Shown piece after piece: positions 46,022 to 57,025 of a DNA stretch of 57,025 nt. Position 1 is the first letter of the stretch. Each line of letters opens with the position of its first letter. The notes below the pieces were generated by a model. That model did not search any database. It had not been told where the DNA came from and worked only from the letters and a program-made list of their open reading frames with translations. Source of the stretch: Patescibacteria group bacterium (GTDB lineage: Bacteria > Patescibacteriota > Minisyncoccia > UBA6257 > 1-14-0-10-40-38); assembly GCA_038064975.1 (NCBI GenBank), contig JBBTRX010000007.1, forward strand, positions 1 to 57,025, given 5' to 3'. A program made the position numbers and the translations under genes.

Positions 46022-47926
46022 TTACTGCTTTGGCTCCTCTCTTTCATCTCCAGAAGTTGAGCTGTCACTTGCGCCATCTTGTGGATTTTGATCCCCTCCG
46101 CCAGCCGGCGGATTCTGATTATTGTCCTTACCATACATTACAGCGCCGATCTTCTGAATTTCCTGTGAAAGAGCTTCTGTTGCGGAACGGATCGTTTCCA
46201 CATTATTGCCGTCTTTCACGGATTTCAGCGCGTCTATTTTTTCTGTAACGCCATCACGGATGTCTTTTGTTATTTTGTCTCCGGCTTCTCGAACTGATTT
46301 CTCTGCGAGATAAATCAACTGATCGGCTTGATTGCGGACTTCCACGACTTCTTTTTTCTTTTTATCTTCTTCGGCGTGTGTTGCGGCTTCCTGCTTTAAG
46401 CGCTCAATTTCTTCTTTGGAAAGTCCGGTAGATGCCTCAATACGTACGGAGTGGCTCTTGCCTGTCCCTTTATCTTTTGCGGAAACATTGAGAATTCCGT
46501 TTGCGTCAATATCGAACGACACTTCAATCTGCGGTGTGCCGCGCGGTGCCGGCGGAATGCCATCCAAAACGAATTGTGCGAGCGTTTTGTTGTCTGCCGC
46601 CATCTCGCGTTCTCCCTGCAAAATACGGATTTCAACCGATGGCTGATTTTCCGCTGCAGTTGAGAAGACTTGAGTTTTCGCGGTCGGGATTGTCGTATTT
46701 TTCTCTATAAGCCGAGTAAAAACTCCACCCAAGGTTTCAATACCGAGCGAGAGCGGGGTAACGTCCAAGAGTAATACATCCTTCACATCACCCTGCAAAA
46801 TACCCGCTTGGACTGCGGCGCCCAAGGCAACCACTTCATCCGGATTGATGTTGCGATGCGGATCTTTGCCGAAATACTCGCGCACTGCTTTTTGGATCGC
46901 GGGCATGCGTGTCTGGCCCCCAACAAGAATAATTTCGTTGATATCCTTTTTCGCCATGCCGGAATCTTTAATAACCTGATCCATGATTTTCACAGATCTC
47001 TCTATAAAGGAGTGAGAAAGCTCTTCCAATTTCGCGCGCGTAAGCTTAAGCAAAAAGTGGCGCGGACCCGAAGCATCAGACGTAATATATGGAAGATTAA
47101 TTTCCGTTTCCATAGCGGAAGAAAGCTCATGTTTCGCGCGTTCTGCAGCTTCTTTCAAGCGCTGGAGTGCAAGTGCGTCCTTGGAAATATCAATGCCTTC
47201 AATGCGTTTATATTCTTTCGCCAAATATTCGTTAATCGTCTTATCAAGGTCGTCGCCTCCTAAGTGCGTATCGCCTCCGGTAGATTTAACTTCAATCGTG
47301 TCGTCGCCGACTTCAAGTACGGAAACGTCAAACGTACCTCCGCCGAAATCGTAGACCACGATCTTTTCGTTCTTTTTTTTATCAAATCCGTAGGCAAGCG
47401 CGGCCGCAGTCGGCTCATTTAAAATGCGACGGACGTTTAACCCCGCGATCTCACCTGCATTTTTGGTTGCTTGGCGCTGGCTATCATCAAAATATGCCGG
47501 AACAGTAATAACCGCTTCGGTAATCTGTTCACCAAGTTTCGCTTCTACATCCGCTTTGATTTTCGCGAGCGTCATTGCAGAGATCTCTTCCGGCTTATAT
47601 GCGCGGTCACCCATCTTAATTTCTATACCGCCATTCGCGCCTTCCTGAATGTCATACGGAAGCCAGCCTTTATCGCGAGCGATTTCTTCGTCAGTCCATT
47701 TGCGCCCAATCAAACGCTTCACCGAAAAAATAGTATTCTTCGGATTCGTAACCGCTTGCCGCTTTGCGAGCAAACCTACGAGACGTTCGTTTGATTTATT
47801 GATAGCAACAATAGAAGGCGTAGTATTGTTGCCTTCTGCGTTTTCAATAATTCTTGGCTGTCCGCTTTGGATCACGGCAACTGCTGAGTTCGTTGTTCCT
47901 AAATCAATTCCAATGATTTTACTCAT
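46022..47926 (-). CDS. dnaK: Chaperone DnaK
   Basis: 'GIDLGTTNS', '[11 protein letters not shown]', 'DFGGGTFD'. Confidence 0.99.
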   Translation of the reverse strand: MSKIIGIDLGTTNSAVAVIQSGQPRIIENAEGNNTTPSIVAINKSNERLVGLLAKRQAVTNPKNTIFSVKRLIGRKWTDEEIARDKGWLPYDIQEGANGGIEIKMGDRAYKPEEISAMTLAKIKADVEAKLGEQITEAVITVPAYFDDSQRQATKNAGEIAGLNVRRILNEPTAAALAYGFDKKKNEKIVVYDFGGGTFDVSVLEVGDDTIEVKSTGGDTHLGGDDLDKTINEYLAKEYKRIEGIDISKDALALQRLKEAAERAKHELSSAMETEINLPYITSDASGPRHFLLKLTRAKLEELSHSFIERSVKIMDQVIKDSGMAKKDINEIILVGGQTRMPAIQKAVREYFGKDPHRNINPDEVVALGAAVQAGILQGDVKDVLLLDVTPLSLGIETLGGVFTRLIEKNTTIPTAKTQVFSTAAENQPSVEIRILQGEREMAADNKTLAQFVLDGIPPAPRGTPQIEVSFDIDANGILNVSAKDKGTGKSHSVRIEASTGLSKEEIERLKQEAATHAEEDKKKKEVVEVRNQADQLIYLAEKSVREAGDKITKDIRDGVTEKIDALKSVKDGNNVETIRSATEALSQEIQKIGAVMYGKDNNQNPPAGGGDQNPQDGASDSSTSGDEREEPKQ

Positions 47927-48638
47927 ATTTTTTAATTATTTCTTTAATATGGTTTATCGGTTGACAGATTCCTATGTTCGCAGGAATGCGGACCATTTTT
48001 TGATCAGGAGATTGAACGGCTTGAGATACATTACCGCTAACCATTGCAATAACTTGACCACTTTCCTTTAGGAAAACGGGTGATCCGCTTACTCCTGGAT
48101 TTGTATGCGTATCAACCATTAAAAAATGCAACGAGTGATCACTCCCTTTATATTTCATTGCACTCAATATGCAATGAATTGATGTCATGGTAATACCGAA
48201 TCCCATCCCAATTAACTCAGTTGCTAATGGATATCCCATAAATAATAGATCATCTCCCTCCTGTAGCGCTGCTGGATCACCAAATTCGTCTGGTGAGATA
48301 TAAGCGAATTCATTTTTTTGATCAGATGCTGGAAGTAGTCTCATTAGAGCCGTATCGCTTTCCTTATTCATCTCCAAAAGCTCTACTTTATATGATAGAT
48401 AGTTATAAACTCCCTTTGATACTTCCTCATTCATTACTTGCGCTTCAAGCAATTCAAGTTCATTACTAGGAATACTATTGTATACATGAGCTGCTGTTAT
48501 AAACAGTCCTTTAGAGTTAACTATAAAGCTAGTACCTCTCACACTAATTTTCCCCTCCGCTTTATTGGCAAGACGTAAAAGAAGAATTGCCTTTTTATTT
48601 TTTTCAATAATCTCTTTATTTTTCATATTCATTTTCAT
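47919..48638 (-). CDS. Trypsin-like (S1) serine protease, no signal peptide
   Basis: Catalytic triad motifs 'ITAAHV', 'DTAL', 'NPGVSGSP'. Confidence 0.85.
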   Translation of the reverse strand: MKMNMKNKEIIEKNKKAILLLRLANKAEGKISVRGTSFIVNSKGLFITAAHVYNSIPSNELELLEAQVMNEEVSKGVYNYLSYKVELLEMNKESDTALMRLLPASDQKNEFAYISPDEFGDPAALQEGDDLLFMGYPLATELIGMGFGITMTSIHCILSAMKYKGSDHSLHFLMVDTHTNPGVSGSPVFLKESGQVIAMVSGNVSQAVQSPDQKMVRIPANIGICQPINHIKEIIKKYE

Positions 48639-49191
48639 TTTTATGATTGTTTTTTAGACCAATAATTTTTCTTTTAAATTCATTTTTTAGAATTTCCGCC
48701 CCATCCTCGTTCTCAAGGAGAATTTTTTTCTTTTCATCGGATAGTCTATAAAGAACCGGTACTCCCATAACAGCAGCTATGACTGTTTCATGTTTATAAC
48801 CAGACGAGATCAATGTAAGATTTCTTTCTCGAGCAAAGCTTACTGAGCTCTTATCCTGTAAACTTCCAACTGGTAAAAAACCAATTGTGGTTGATGTTTT
48901 TTCTATCTTAAACTTTTCAATAATCTCTCTTTTTTGAGTATTCCAAACATGACTTCCATCTGAAAATGGATTTGTTGTTTCGCTTGTAAAAACATCTTCT
49001 GGATAGTATGTGCTATCCGGATAAGAGTTTGTTAAGACCCTTAGTTTTTCACCTGAAACTGCATTCAAAAATGCATTATCTGGTGTAATCCCATTCGTTC
49101 CATTTGTTTTTGGAATTTCAAAAGCTGCTTCTTCTTTAAGAAAGGCTATATTTCCCGATTTATAATACATATAAATATCTTTCTCTCTCAT
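48616..49191 (-). CDS. AT-rich hypothetical protein
   Basis: 191-aa ORF overlapping the protease gene. Confidence 0.7.
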   Translation of the reverse strand: MREKDIYMYYKSGNIAFLKEEAAFEIPKTNGTNGITPDNAFLNAVSGEKLRVLTNSYPDSTYYPEDVFTSETTNPFSDGSHVWNTQKREIIEKFKIEKTSTTIGFLPVGSLQDKSSVSFARERNLTLISSGYKHETVIAAVMGVPVLYRLSDEKKKILLENEDGAEILKNEFKRKIIGLKNNHKNENEYEK

Positions 49192-49203
49192 AGATTATTA
49201 ATT

Positions 49204-49707
49204 TTATTTTGCTAATTTAACCCGTGCGGCGCGGATGACTCTTCCGTGCATAGCGTATCCCTGCTCTATTTCCTCAGCAATCGTTCCCGGAGGATGAGTG
49301 GATACCACTTCACCAATTGCTTCGTGGAAGGCCGGATCAAACGCTTTACCAAGCTCTACTACAATCGGTTCCAGTCCCCTGCGCTTCAATATATCTAAGA
49401 GCTGTGTCCGTATGAGCCGCATTCCAGCGAGATCGCGTCCTGCTCCAGGTGCATTAGGCTCACTCATGAGTGCTCGCTCAAAGGCGGCAAAGCTGTCTAA
49501 TACGGGAATGAAGTCTTTCAATGTTTCCGTAAGCCCGAATTTGAGGATTTCCTCCAGCCGGCGCCCTTCGTCTTTTTGAAAATTTACGAGATCGGCTTTC
49601 GCGCGCTTCCAGCCATTCAAATATTCATCGCGTTCGGTTTCTAATTTCTTTATTTTTTCGCCGTTCGTATCTGCTTCGTTAGGGATTGTATTCAAATTAT
49701 CTTCCAT
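49204..49707 (-). CDS. grpE: Nucleotide exchange factor GrpE
   Basis: 'WKRAKADLVNF', 'FDPAFHEA', 'GY..GRVIRAARV'. Confidence 0.95.
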   Translation of the reverse strand: MEDNLNTIPNEADTNGEKIKKLETERDEYLNGWKRAKADLVNFQKDEGRRLEEILKFGLTETLKDFIPVLDSFAAFERALMSEPNAPGAGRDLAGMRLIRTQLLDILKRRGLEPIVVELGKAFDPAFHEAIGEVVSTHPPGTIAEEIEQGYAMHGRVIRAARVKLAK

Positions 49708-49708
49708 A

Positions 49709-50428
49709 TTATTCGTGATTATTCATGTGATCTTTTAATTGGACGAAGAATCGTATTCGACTTCCATAATCCATTCGCTTCGGCCCGATAACAGTAATCA
49801 GTATCTCCTCATCGCCAATTGAAAAGCGGTCTGCGATTACGGAGAGGTGCGGACTTTTCGTAATCGGATTTTTCCCAACAAACACTGATGGATTATCCTG
49901 TCGCGGTATCGTTTCAGAAAGTTCTCCCATGCGCGCGTCTAATGTTTCAAAATCGCGGATAATGTCATAGATCTCGTCCAAATCAGTAATAGTATGGCTT
50001 TTTACTAAATCCCCGATCAACTCATGGATATTACTTTTCACCAGCGATCGATTGGTTGGAGTGTAGCCAACACCCAGTACACCGAAATGTTCCGCTACAT
50101 TATTTACGAATCCGGCAAATTGCTGGCGCATTAGAGCTTCTTTGAGCGCCACGATCTTCTCGCTGGCTTTGCGATGCTCTTCGTGAAGATGATTTAAAAC
50201 TTCGTGAACAAAAAACTGGTAACCCTTGTCGGTAGGGATCCTGCCGCCCGAGGTGTAGGGCTGCATAAGATATCCCGATTCGGTGAGCGCGTTTAATTCA
50301 TTGCGGATAGTCGCCGGTTTTACGTCAAAGCCGTGCTTTGAATACAACTCTCCGGAGCTGATCGGCATACCCGTCTCAATAAATTCCTGAACCGTAGCGC
50401 CTAAAATTTTCGCCATTCGTTCCGTCAT
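49709..50428 (-). CDS. hrcA: Heat-inducible transcription repressor HrcA (short form)
   Basis: 'PISS..ATIRNEL..L...GYL.QPYTSGGRIPTDKGY', 'IGPKRMDY'. Confidence 0.92.
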   Translation of the reverse strand: MTERMAKILGATVQEFIETGMPISSGELYSKHGFDVKPATIRNELNALTESGYLMQPYTSGGRIPTDKGYQFFVHEVLNHLHEEHRKASEKIVALKEALMRQQFAGFVNNVAEHFGVLGVGYTPTNRSLVKSNIHELIGDLVKSHTITDLDEIYDIIRDFETLDARMGELSETIPRQDNPSVFVGKNPITKSPHLSVIADRFSIGDEEILITVIGPKRMDYGSRIRFFVQLKDHMNNHE

Positions 50429-50445
50429 TGTCCTATCCTAAAAAA

Positions 50446-50472
50446 TTAGCAGTCTTATGTCAAGAGTGCTAA
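50446..50472 (-). promoter_or_regulatory. CIRCE element overlapping TTGACA
   Basis: TTAGCACTC-N9-GACTGCTAA on the minus strand, upstream of hrcA. Confidence 0.92.
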
Positions 50473-50619
50473 ACGAACAGAAAACCTATAACTAACGACT
50501 TATAACAAAAACTCAACCCTCAGAGGGGATAATAATTGACAAAAATACTGTTTATATGCAATTATTTTCGTGATCCGGACAAACTCCGGGAACGAACCTT
50601 AACAAGAAAGGAAAGTCAG

Positions 50620-51540
50620 ATGAACGCACTAGATCAAGCGTTCGCTTGTGCCGCTCCTCCGATTTCCGAACCAGAACTTCAAAAGCGCCTCGCGAGAGTA
50701 TCTCACCAACTTGAACGTGTGCGGCAGGAGGAAAGCCAACTGCTCGGCATAGAATCAGAAGCAAAGAAGAAGCTTGCCGCGATTGCCAAGGAACTCGAGA
50801 AAGAACGATCAAGTCTGCAATGGGTAGCTAGCAGTCCTCATCGGATTGGCTATCGCCAGATGAGTATGGAGCCGCTCTCTTGGCGAGATAAACACGGCTA
50901 TCCGAGGATCGTTCCATTCTCTATTGATTCCCCGGAATTCAAAATTCATGTTAGCAAGGAGAAGTACGGTCTCAGCATTGAGGCAAAGGGGTTTGGTTGG
51001 TCGGCTAAAGGATTGCTTGTAGCCGGAATTGCATCTGCCTTTTTTGGTTATTACTGGAAAGGCAAAGCCACTCCGGAGAACTTCGAGAGTGTTGAGGGGT
51101 CGACAATGGTAATGTATATCTTTGCCGTACTCCTGCTCCTAAGAGGAACGTTCCTGTTCGCAGTGTCACGCCACTTTCTGGCGAAGAAACGGAAGCAAGA
51201 AAGGGAAGAAATTTTCCCTCTCCTCCCGGAACCCCTCGCTCATTGTTTCAACGATGTGCGATCTTTGTTCGAGAGAGAATTGGAGAAGAAATGGCTTGGA
51301 AGCAAAACCATCGGTGTGACCTACGCCGGCGTGATCCCCGCTCCTGTTCGAGACAATATTCGAAAAGCGAAGAAAAACTTCAAAGACGTTTTCATTCTCG
51401 CTGAACCTGGAGATTGGAACGTCGCAGAAGTGTTGATTGATCCGCTTGTCGTGGGCTGGGACGGATCGTCGCTCTGGCTCGTGGACAAATACGACACTAC
51501 TCCTACTGAGGATTACATCTCACAGGAATTCACTTCCTGA
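50620..51540 (+). CDS. Hypothetical coiled-coil plus 2-TM protein
   Basis: AAGGA RBS, ATG 50620; C-terminal 'DPLVVG...WLVDKYD.TP.E.Y'; terminator at ~51552-51590. Confidence 0.75.
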   Translation: MNALDQAFACAAPPISEPELQKRLARVSHQLERVRQEESQLLGIESEAKKKLAAIAKELEKERSSLQWVASSPHRIGYRQMSMEPLSWRDKHGYPRIVPFSIDSPEFKIHVSKEKYGLSIEAKGFGWSAKGLLVAGIASAFFGYYWKGKATPENFESVEGSTMVMYIFAVLLLLRGTFLFAVSRHFLAKKRKQEREEIFPLLPEPLAHCFNDVRSLFERELEKKWLGSKTIGVTYAGVIPAPVRDNIRKAKKNFKDVFILAEPGDWNVAEVLIDPLVVGWDGSSLWLVDKYDTTPTEDYISQEFTS

Positions 51541-51683
51541 GCTGATTACGAAGAGCGTCATACCGGAAACGGAATGGCGCTCATTTTTTTATTTTTAGTT
51601 ATCAGTTTCTAGCCTCGACTTTACATCGCGTTTTAAATGATTCAACTCCCTAACCCCTAATCCCTAGTGGCTAAACCCTATTG

Positions 51684-52283
51684 TCAGTTCAAAATACTTC
51701 TCCCTACCAAACAAATCAGAATGATACCCACCGTGTTCGCTATAAAAGAAACAGGAATTAAGTATTTCATTTCAAGTTTAGAAATACCCATCATAGTGAG
51801 TCCGAGTTCATCCGGAAGAGGAGAAGCAATAATAATCATACCCAGGAAGGTAAACAGCCAGCGAAATGTTTTAGCATGGAAAACCTTCAGGAATCGTTTC
51901 CGTTTCGGGTGGCTTAAAAGATGCACTAATTCATCCGTAACATGCGTTTTTAAAAGTTTGAAGAGTACGATGTCCCCCAACACCGCGCCCACGCCTCCTA
52001 CGAGCGCGATTAGAATAATTGAATTTGTTTGAGCAAGTTCAGCAAACGCAACCGTAGCGGGAGCCGTCGTGAAGAGTGATGTAAAAAAGAAACCTATTAC
52101 AAAACTTCCAAGGAGTTTCAGCTCTGTACTTGCGGAAAGAAAAAGTTTAAACGTAGGGCTCTGCACTAACATTACTGCAATAAAAATACTCGCCGCAAGC
52201 ATCGTTACGTTTTCCAGTAGATGGCTCCGAAGCGCGATTTTCTCACGATGAGAAAGAGGATGTGAGTGAGTCGTTGAAAGCAT
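51684..52283 (-). CDS. Membrane protein (DedA/VTT-like features)
   Basis: 'GFFFTSLFTTAPA', 'GAVLGD', 'IIASPLPDELG'. Confidence 0.75.
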   Translation of the reverse strand: MLSTTHSHPLSHREKIALRSHLLENVTMLAASIFIAVMLVQSPTFKLFLSASTELKLLGSFVIGFFFTSLFTTAPATVAFAELAQTNSIILIALVGGVGAVLGDIVLFKLLKTHVTDELVHLLSHPKRKRFLKVFHAKTFRWLFTFLGMIIIASPLPDELGLTMMGISKLEMKYLIPVSFIANTVGIILICLVGRSILN

Positions 52284-52341
52284 ACGTTAATTAAAAATTC
52301 GTCACTCTTCAAGATCCCCATAACCTGTCACGTATGACAGG

Positions 52342-55300
52342 TTATGGAATTGCATCATAAAAGAGATTGGCGATATTTTGGGTCGCAAGATCTAAAATAC
52401 CCGTTTGAGGAAGTCCATTTTTTTTCTGAAAACGTTTTACTGCGTCCGCAGTGGCACTTCCATATTGCCCAGTAATAGATCCTTCAGGGTATATAAGCTT
52501 ACTTTGCGCAAGATAGAGCTGTAAGAGCGTAACCGCTTCTCCGGAAGAACCGATAGTGAGAATGCTCGTGAACGGCTTCCCACCGGAAGCAGATCCGCCC
52601 GCGCAACCCGCGGCATTCATATATTTCCTGGTAGAAGCGCCGAAGAATCCAGTACCTCCTCCTGCCGGAATGCCGACTGGAATCAGAATTTCTGCCGCAT
52701 TTGCGTTTTGCAATGCCTTTACCGTCTTTGCTGTAAGCGATCCGAAGAATGGCGTTTCACTTCCTGCTGAGCCTGGTCCCGAGAGAGCAATGGTAAATCC
52801 TTTTTGATTCAGGCACTGTTGAAGCACTTTAACATCGGCACCAGTGTCGCCGACTTTCAAACTGCGCGTGAAGATAAAGGATGCCGTTCCCCCACCTCCT
52901 ACATTTTTTGTCGTGACTTCAACAACGTTTGCGTATCCGGAATTTCCATTCGCATTGTACGCACGAATGCGGAAGTAGTACTTCGTGTTAGCGGTAAGAT
53001 TTTTCTCGTTCCAGAAGTAATAATGCGGAGGTAATGTCTTAATTTCCGTAAACGTCGTACCATTTGTACTCATCTCTAGTTTGTATCCTGATTGTCCAAC
53101 AGTTCCACCCTGCCAGAATAGACGAACAGTGGTCGTATTTATCGCATACGCAACAAGCTGAGAAGGAGGTCCTGGAGGATCTTCTGGAGGCGGAGGAGGA
53201 TTCCCTGTATCAAGAGGAGTAGTAACCGTTATAGTGTTCGTATAATCCGAATTCCCCGCGCTATTGAATGCCCGTACGCGATACCAGTATGTTGTTTCGC
53301 CCTGCACGGTAACGTCATTGAAGAGCCCTTTATTTGCGAACGATGTATTAATTTCAGAAAATCCAGAAGATGACGAGCTCGTACTGCGCTCAATCTTGAA
53401 GCCATCTTCATTATCCGCATTATCAACCCATGTTAATTGGACATGTTTTGCTTGAATTGCCGCAGCAGCGAGATTTGATGGAGCGATAGGAATGACTTGC
53501 CCCGACGTGTCCATATCATTATCAAGAATACTGATCGTCGCAGTATTCACTGATCCGATACTGTATGCGGGATTCGTACTCAAGGACAACATAACCGTTT
53601 CCGTCGGCTCTTCAAAAAGATCATCAATCGGCGTTATGGTGATTGAAAGAGATGTCTGTCCCGCTGGAATTGTTTTAGGAGACGTTATTAATTGATAATC
53701 CACGCCATTTGTCGCCGTTCCTGAAACAGTGAAGTAGACTGGAAGATTGGCTGTTATTAATCCCGTGCGCGAGACGGTAAATGTCCCGGTATTACTATTT
53801 GCTTCTCCAGCAAACCCGTCAGAAGCATCAATGATAACTACTGGTAATTCAGGTCCGGAACAATCTTGAGCAGTAAACGAACCCACGATGGAATAAAGTT
53901 GTGTAGCAACATAAGATATACGCGCTTGATACGTTTGATTTGCGATAAACCCGAGCGGTTGAGTAATAACGGTTGGCGTAAAGTCATCAGGAGCAACCGT
54001 TGAAACAGTCCCTGTTGGAATAAATTTATACCAGAAACCGTTTACCCAATTATTATCATTATCAATATCAACGTAATATCCTTGAACGCCATTCGTGCTT
54101 GTGCCACCATCCGTCCATGCGACTGTTGCTTTAGAATTTGCACCCGAACAGAACGGAGTTATCGTCGGAGCCGGAGGAGAAGTAGCCACATCATTATCAG
54201 TGATAGTTACGGATCCTGTATCAGCAGAACCGATCGTGTACTCTGCGCTTGGTGAAAGCGTAAGCGTTGCACTTTCCGTAGACTCTACGAGAGCATCGTC
54301 AATAGGCGTCACAACAACCGTCGCAGACGACTGCCCCACAGGAATAATTCTTGAAGACGAAAGTAATTGATAATCAGTGCCGTTTGTCGCGTTCCCTGAA
54401 ATTGTGAAATTGACTGTAAGCGAACTTGTTGTCACTCCTGTGCGAGAGATAGTAAAGGTTCCTGCATCTATTCCGGTTTCGGATGCCGTAGCATCAGTCG
54501 GAGTAAGCGTAATCGTTGGCAAGGAAGGAGCGCTGTCGTCGTCAAAAATATCAACTGTCCCAGAGCTCTGCCCGAGTACGTAGCCAGATCCAGAAGTAAG
54601 TGTCACAGCAACCGTTTCCGTTCCTTCAATAGACGTATCATTGATTGGATTTACTATAATAGTTGCCGAAGAAGCGCCAATAGGAATAACTTTTGGAGAA
54701 ACTACTTGCTGATAATCAGATCCATTAGTAGCCGTTCCATTAATCGTGAAATTAACCGTAAGAGCACTTGTGGTTGGACCTGTACGCGTAACCGTAAAGA
54801 CGGCGGGGTCAGGCCCGAGCTCAAACGCAGTTGGGTCAGTGACAGAAAGAGAAACTGTTGGTGTAGATGGTGGAGCATCATCATCCACAATATTAACTGT
54901 TCCCGTGTTTTGCGTTCCAATACTATAATTTGCGCTTGTTACCAATGTCAGAATTGCAATCTCTGTCGCTTCACTAATTGCATCGTCAAGTGGCGTAACC
55001 GTGAGAGTAATAGACGTCTGGTTAATAGGAATAGTAATTGACGACCCAATTGATTGATAATCAGTTCCATTCGTTGCAGTTCCTGATATTCCTATATTAA
55101 CCACAAGAGCATTTGTAGTTGCACCTGTACGCGTGATTGTGAAAACTCCCGTATTTGTACCCGGCTCCGCAGCATTACCATCTGTGGTTGTAATCGTTAC
55201 TGTTGGGAGTGTGGGTGCTGATACTTCATAGAGATATACTATTTTCGTTACCTGATTCGCATTAACAGCAACTGATGTTACACAGAACGTACCGTCGCAT

Positions 55301-57025
55301 GTCGGAATAATGGTATACGTTGCAGGATTTGGTAGAGAGCATTCAGTTCCTCCTTTTGAATACGTACATGTTGCAACTCGTTCAGTAAACCCAGGCGCAT
55401 CGGTAGCCCGTGCGGTATGTGACCCCGTAGATAAATCCCTAAACACGGCTGGATTTGCGGTTGTAAGCGTCAAAGCATCAACCTGTGCCTGTGTGCCTAA
55501 TGGCGCGCTCGTCACAAGAAGGTCTGAGCCAACGCGTTTTACCATAATATCTCCCATACCCGTAGGAGGAGGTCCATCGTTATCCAAAAGACTGATTTGA
55601 CCAGGAGTAGTCCCGACAAGAATATTAGGATCGTTCGTACTTGTAATCGTAAGAATTATCGTCTCAGTAGACTCGCTTAATGCGTCATTAATAGGAGTAA
55701 CGGAAATATCAATACTCGTTCTATTTACTGGAATAGATATTACACCCGGAAGCGTTCCGTAATCAGTGCCAGTAATTGCTGTCCCCGCAACAACATAATT
55801 CACTTGCAATACTTGTGAAGTATCTCCTGTACGCAAAATAGTAAAACGGCCCACAACATTTGGCTCTGCGGCATTCGCGGAACCAGAAGTAGAAACTTGT
55901 GACGAAGTAACAACTTCAGAAGCACACGTACAACCTTGCGCAAGCGCGGTGAACGCAGGGACACAATATCCTTGTGCTTGGGATGCGTATTGTGGATTCA
56001 AAGGTAATACGCCACCAATTCCTCCGCAGGTATTTACTCCTCCTGGCGCTCCTGCGGGTCCGCCGGTACCTGGAGCATCACATTCTTCTCCTGGGTCTAC
56101 AATAAAGTTTCCGCAGAATCCTGCTTTAGGAATATTATTTACAAAACATCCGGAACCGGAATTAATGGGAACCCATGACCCATTATTCCATTGCATTCCT
56201 CCGCATGTTTTATCGTTGCAATCTATGAGGCCATCAGAATTATCGTCAATATTATTAGAACATTGCTCTTGTCTGCCAGGATTGATATTGAAATTATTAT
56301 CATTACTGTCTCCTGCGCAGGTTGTAAATCCATCGTTGTCATTATCCGAACAACTCGTTGCAACGCTTGACTGATAAAATCCATTTACAAAACCACCACC
56401 TGAACCTGTTGGGACTCCTTGCGCAAACGTAAGCCCACAAATTGTCTCGTCATAGATTTTATACAAATCAATACCATAGTAGGTCGGGAGTGGATAAGTA
56501 ATACCATCTGATTTAATAACCCATTTTCGCTTAAAGTTATCTCTAAATTTTACCAAGTATTCTTGGAATAAATCCTGTGCTCCATTTTTCAAAAAATTAG
56601 GATCAGTTTTTCTAATTTCGCTCGCAAGAACAAGTTCATAACAAAGCCCCGCATACAGTTCTTCGTCTGATTTGCCGTACGTAATCCACTTTGGATTCGG
56701 ATGGCTTGGGTCTTGCCATGTGAGAGGAAAAATATATGAAGCAAAACCAGGAGTACCTTCAAAAAAGAGTTGTCCATTTCCATTTAAACTTTGTACCCAA
56801 TTGCGCAATTGACTTGCGTCTTTATACATATAGGTATAGACGCCGTACAAATTCTTCTGAATATTATTTTTAATAGTATTCAAGACTCCAGTATCAACGC
56901 CAGGCGTAAACATTTCTCGATATGCGATAGCTTGTCCTTGAGCAAGGATGCCATCCATGTAAAACCGATTAGTTTGAGAAAGTGAATCAGATGACCCCGT
57001 ATCTCCTGACTCTCCATTTCCTCCT
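52342..57025 (-). CDS. Giant surface protein (5'-truncated by window): Cys-rich repeats, ~5 Calx-beta domains, 2 FN3 domains, 2 peptidoglycan-binding domains
   Basis: 'FTITRTG..L.V...SGTATNGTDY..PIDD..E..E' repeats; 'YRVRAFN' FN3; 'GADVKVLQ' and 'TADAVKRFQ' PG-binding. The frame stays open to the window end. Confidence 0.88.
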   Translation of the reverse strand, partial: GGNGESGDTGSSDSLSQTNRFYMDGILAQGQAIAYREMFTPGVDTGVLNTIKNNIQKNLYGVYTYMYKDASQLRNWVQSLNGNGQLFFEGTPGFASYIFPLTWQDPSHPNPKWITYGKSDEELYAGLCYELVLASEIRKTDPNFLKNGAQDLFQEYLVKFRDNFKRKWVIKSDGITYPLPTYYGIDLYKIYDETICGLTFAQGVPTGSGGGFVNGFYQSSVATSCSDNDNDGFTTCAGDSNDNNFNINPGRQEQCSNNIDDNSDGLIDCNDKTCGGMQWNNGSWVPINSGSGCFVNNIPKAGFCGNFIVDPGEECDAPGTGGPAGAPGGVNTCGGIGGVLPLNPQYASQAQGYCVPAFTALAQGCTCASEVVTSSQVSTSGSANAAEPNVVGRFTILRTGDTSQVLQVNYVVAGTAITGTDYGTLPGVISIPVNRTSIDISVTPINDALSESTETIILTITSTNDPNILVGTTPGQISLLDNDGPPPTGMGDIMVKRVGSDLLVTSAPLGTQAQVDALTLTTANPAVFRDLSTGSHTARATDAPGFTERVATCTYSKGGTECSLPNPATYTIIPTCDGTFCVTSVAVNANQVTKIVYLYEVSAPTLPTVTITTTDGNAAEPGTNTGVFTITRTGATTNALVVNIGISGTATNGTDYQSIGSSITIPINQTSITLTVTPLDDAISEATEIAILTLVTSANYSIGTQNTGTVNIVDDDAPPSTPTVSLSVTDPTAFELGPDPAVFTVTRTGPTTSALTVNFTINGTATNGSDYQQVVSPKVIPIGASSATIIVNPINDTSIEGTETVAVTLTSGSGYVLGQSSGTVDIFDDDSAPSLPTITLTPTDATASETGIDAGTFTISRTGVTTSSLTVNFTISGNATNGTDYQLLSSSRIIPVGQSSATVVVTPIDDALVESTESATLTLSPSAEYTIGSADTGSVTITDNDVATSPPAPTITPFCSGANSKATVAWTDGGTSTNGVQGYYVDIDNDNNWVNGFWYKFIPTGTVSTVAPDDFTPTVITQPLGFIANQTYQARISYVATQLYSIVGSFTAQDCSGPELPVVIIDASDGFAGEANSNTGTFTVSRTGLITANLPVYFTVSGTATNGVDYQLITSPKTIPAGQTSLSITITPIDDLFEEPTETVMLSLSTNPAYSIGSVNTATISILDNDMDTSGQVIPIAPSNLAAAAIQAKHVQLTWVDNADNEDGFKIERSTSSSSSGFSEINTSFANKGLFNDVTVQGETTYWYRVRAFNSAGNSDYTNTITVTTPLDTGNPPPPPEDPPGPPSQLVAYAINTTTVRLFWQGGTVGQSGYKLEMSTNGTTFTEIKTLPPHYYFWNEKNLTANTKYYFRIRAYNANGNSGYANVVEVTTKNVGGGGTASFIFTRSLKVGDTGADVKVLQQCLNQKGFTIALSGPGSAGSETPFFGSLTAKTVKALQNANAAEILIPVGIPAGGGTGFFGASTRKYMNAAGCAGGSASGGKPFTSILTIGSSGEAVTLLQLYLAQSKLIYPEGSITGQYGSATADAVKRFQKKNGLPQTGILDLATQNIANLFYDAIP

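Overview
57-kb bacterial chromosome segment, most likely from a Patescibacteria/CPR (Parcubacteria-like) genome. This is an inference from the split ComEC, the sigma70_r4/HARE-HTH protein, the VirB4/HerA-like ATPase pair, the RMQQRK-type EF-P, the N-terminally short RF2 and CCTGCCTGCCGGC-type palindromes. TGA is used as a stop. The backbone is mostly minus-strand: RHS/FG-GAP protein, uvrB, ftsEX, prfB, lepA, ndk, aspS, comEC, mnmA, efp, secDF, hrcA-grpE-dnaK-dnaJ with CIRCE, and a giant Calx-beta/FN3 surface protein. Three tRNAs (Thr-CGT, Gly-CCC, Lys-TTT) and a probable 6S RNA are present. The most interesting signals lie outside the ORF track. (1) At least seven self-contained promoter-structured RNA-terminator units lack a credible ORF, including two large (~525 and ~470 nt) highly structured RNAs at 26.1-26.65 kb and 37.85-38.3 kb. 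(2) A ~4.8-kb redox cassette (XRE regulator, glutaredoxin, thioredoxins, circularly permuted CcdA) is bracketed by ~125-bp inverted repeats plus an inverted duplicate of the tRNA-Gly 3' end, with no recombinase in the window. (3) An unannotated 28-aa gene consists of a signal peptide plus the pentapeptide WHDII. (4) 72-bp direct repeats bound a 2.9-kb block. (5) A shared GACCCGACGTT terminator family ends unrelated mini-units. All RNA structures were folded by eye and no database searches were run.
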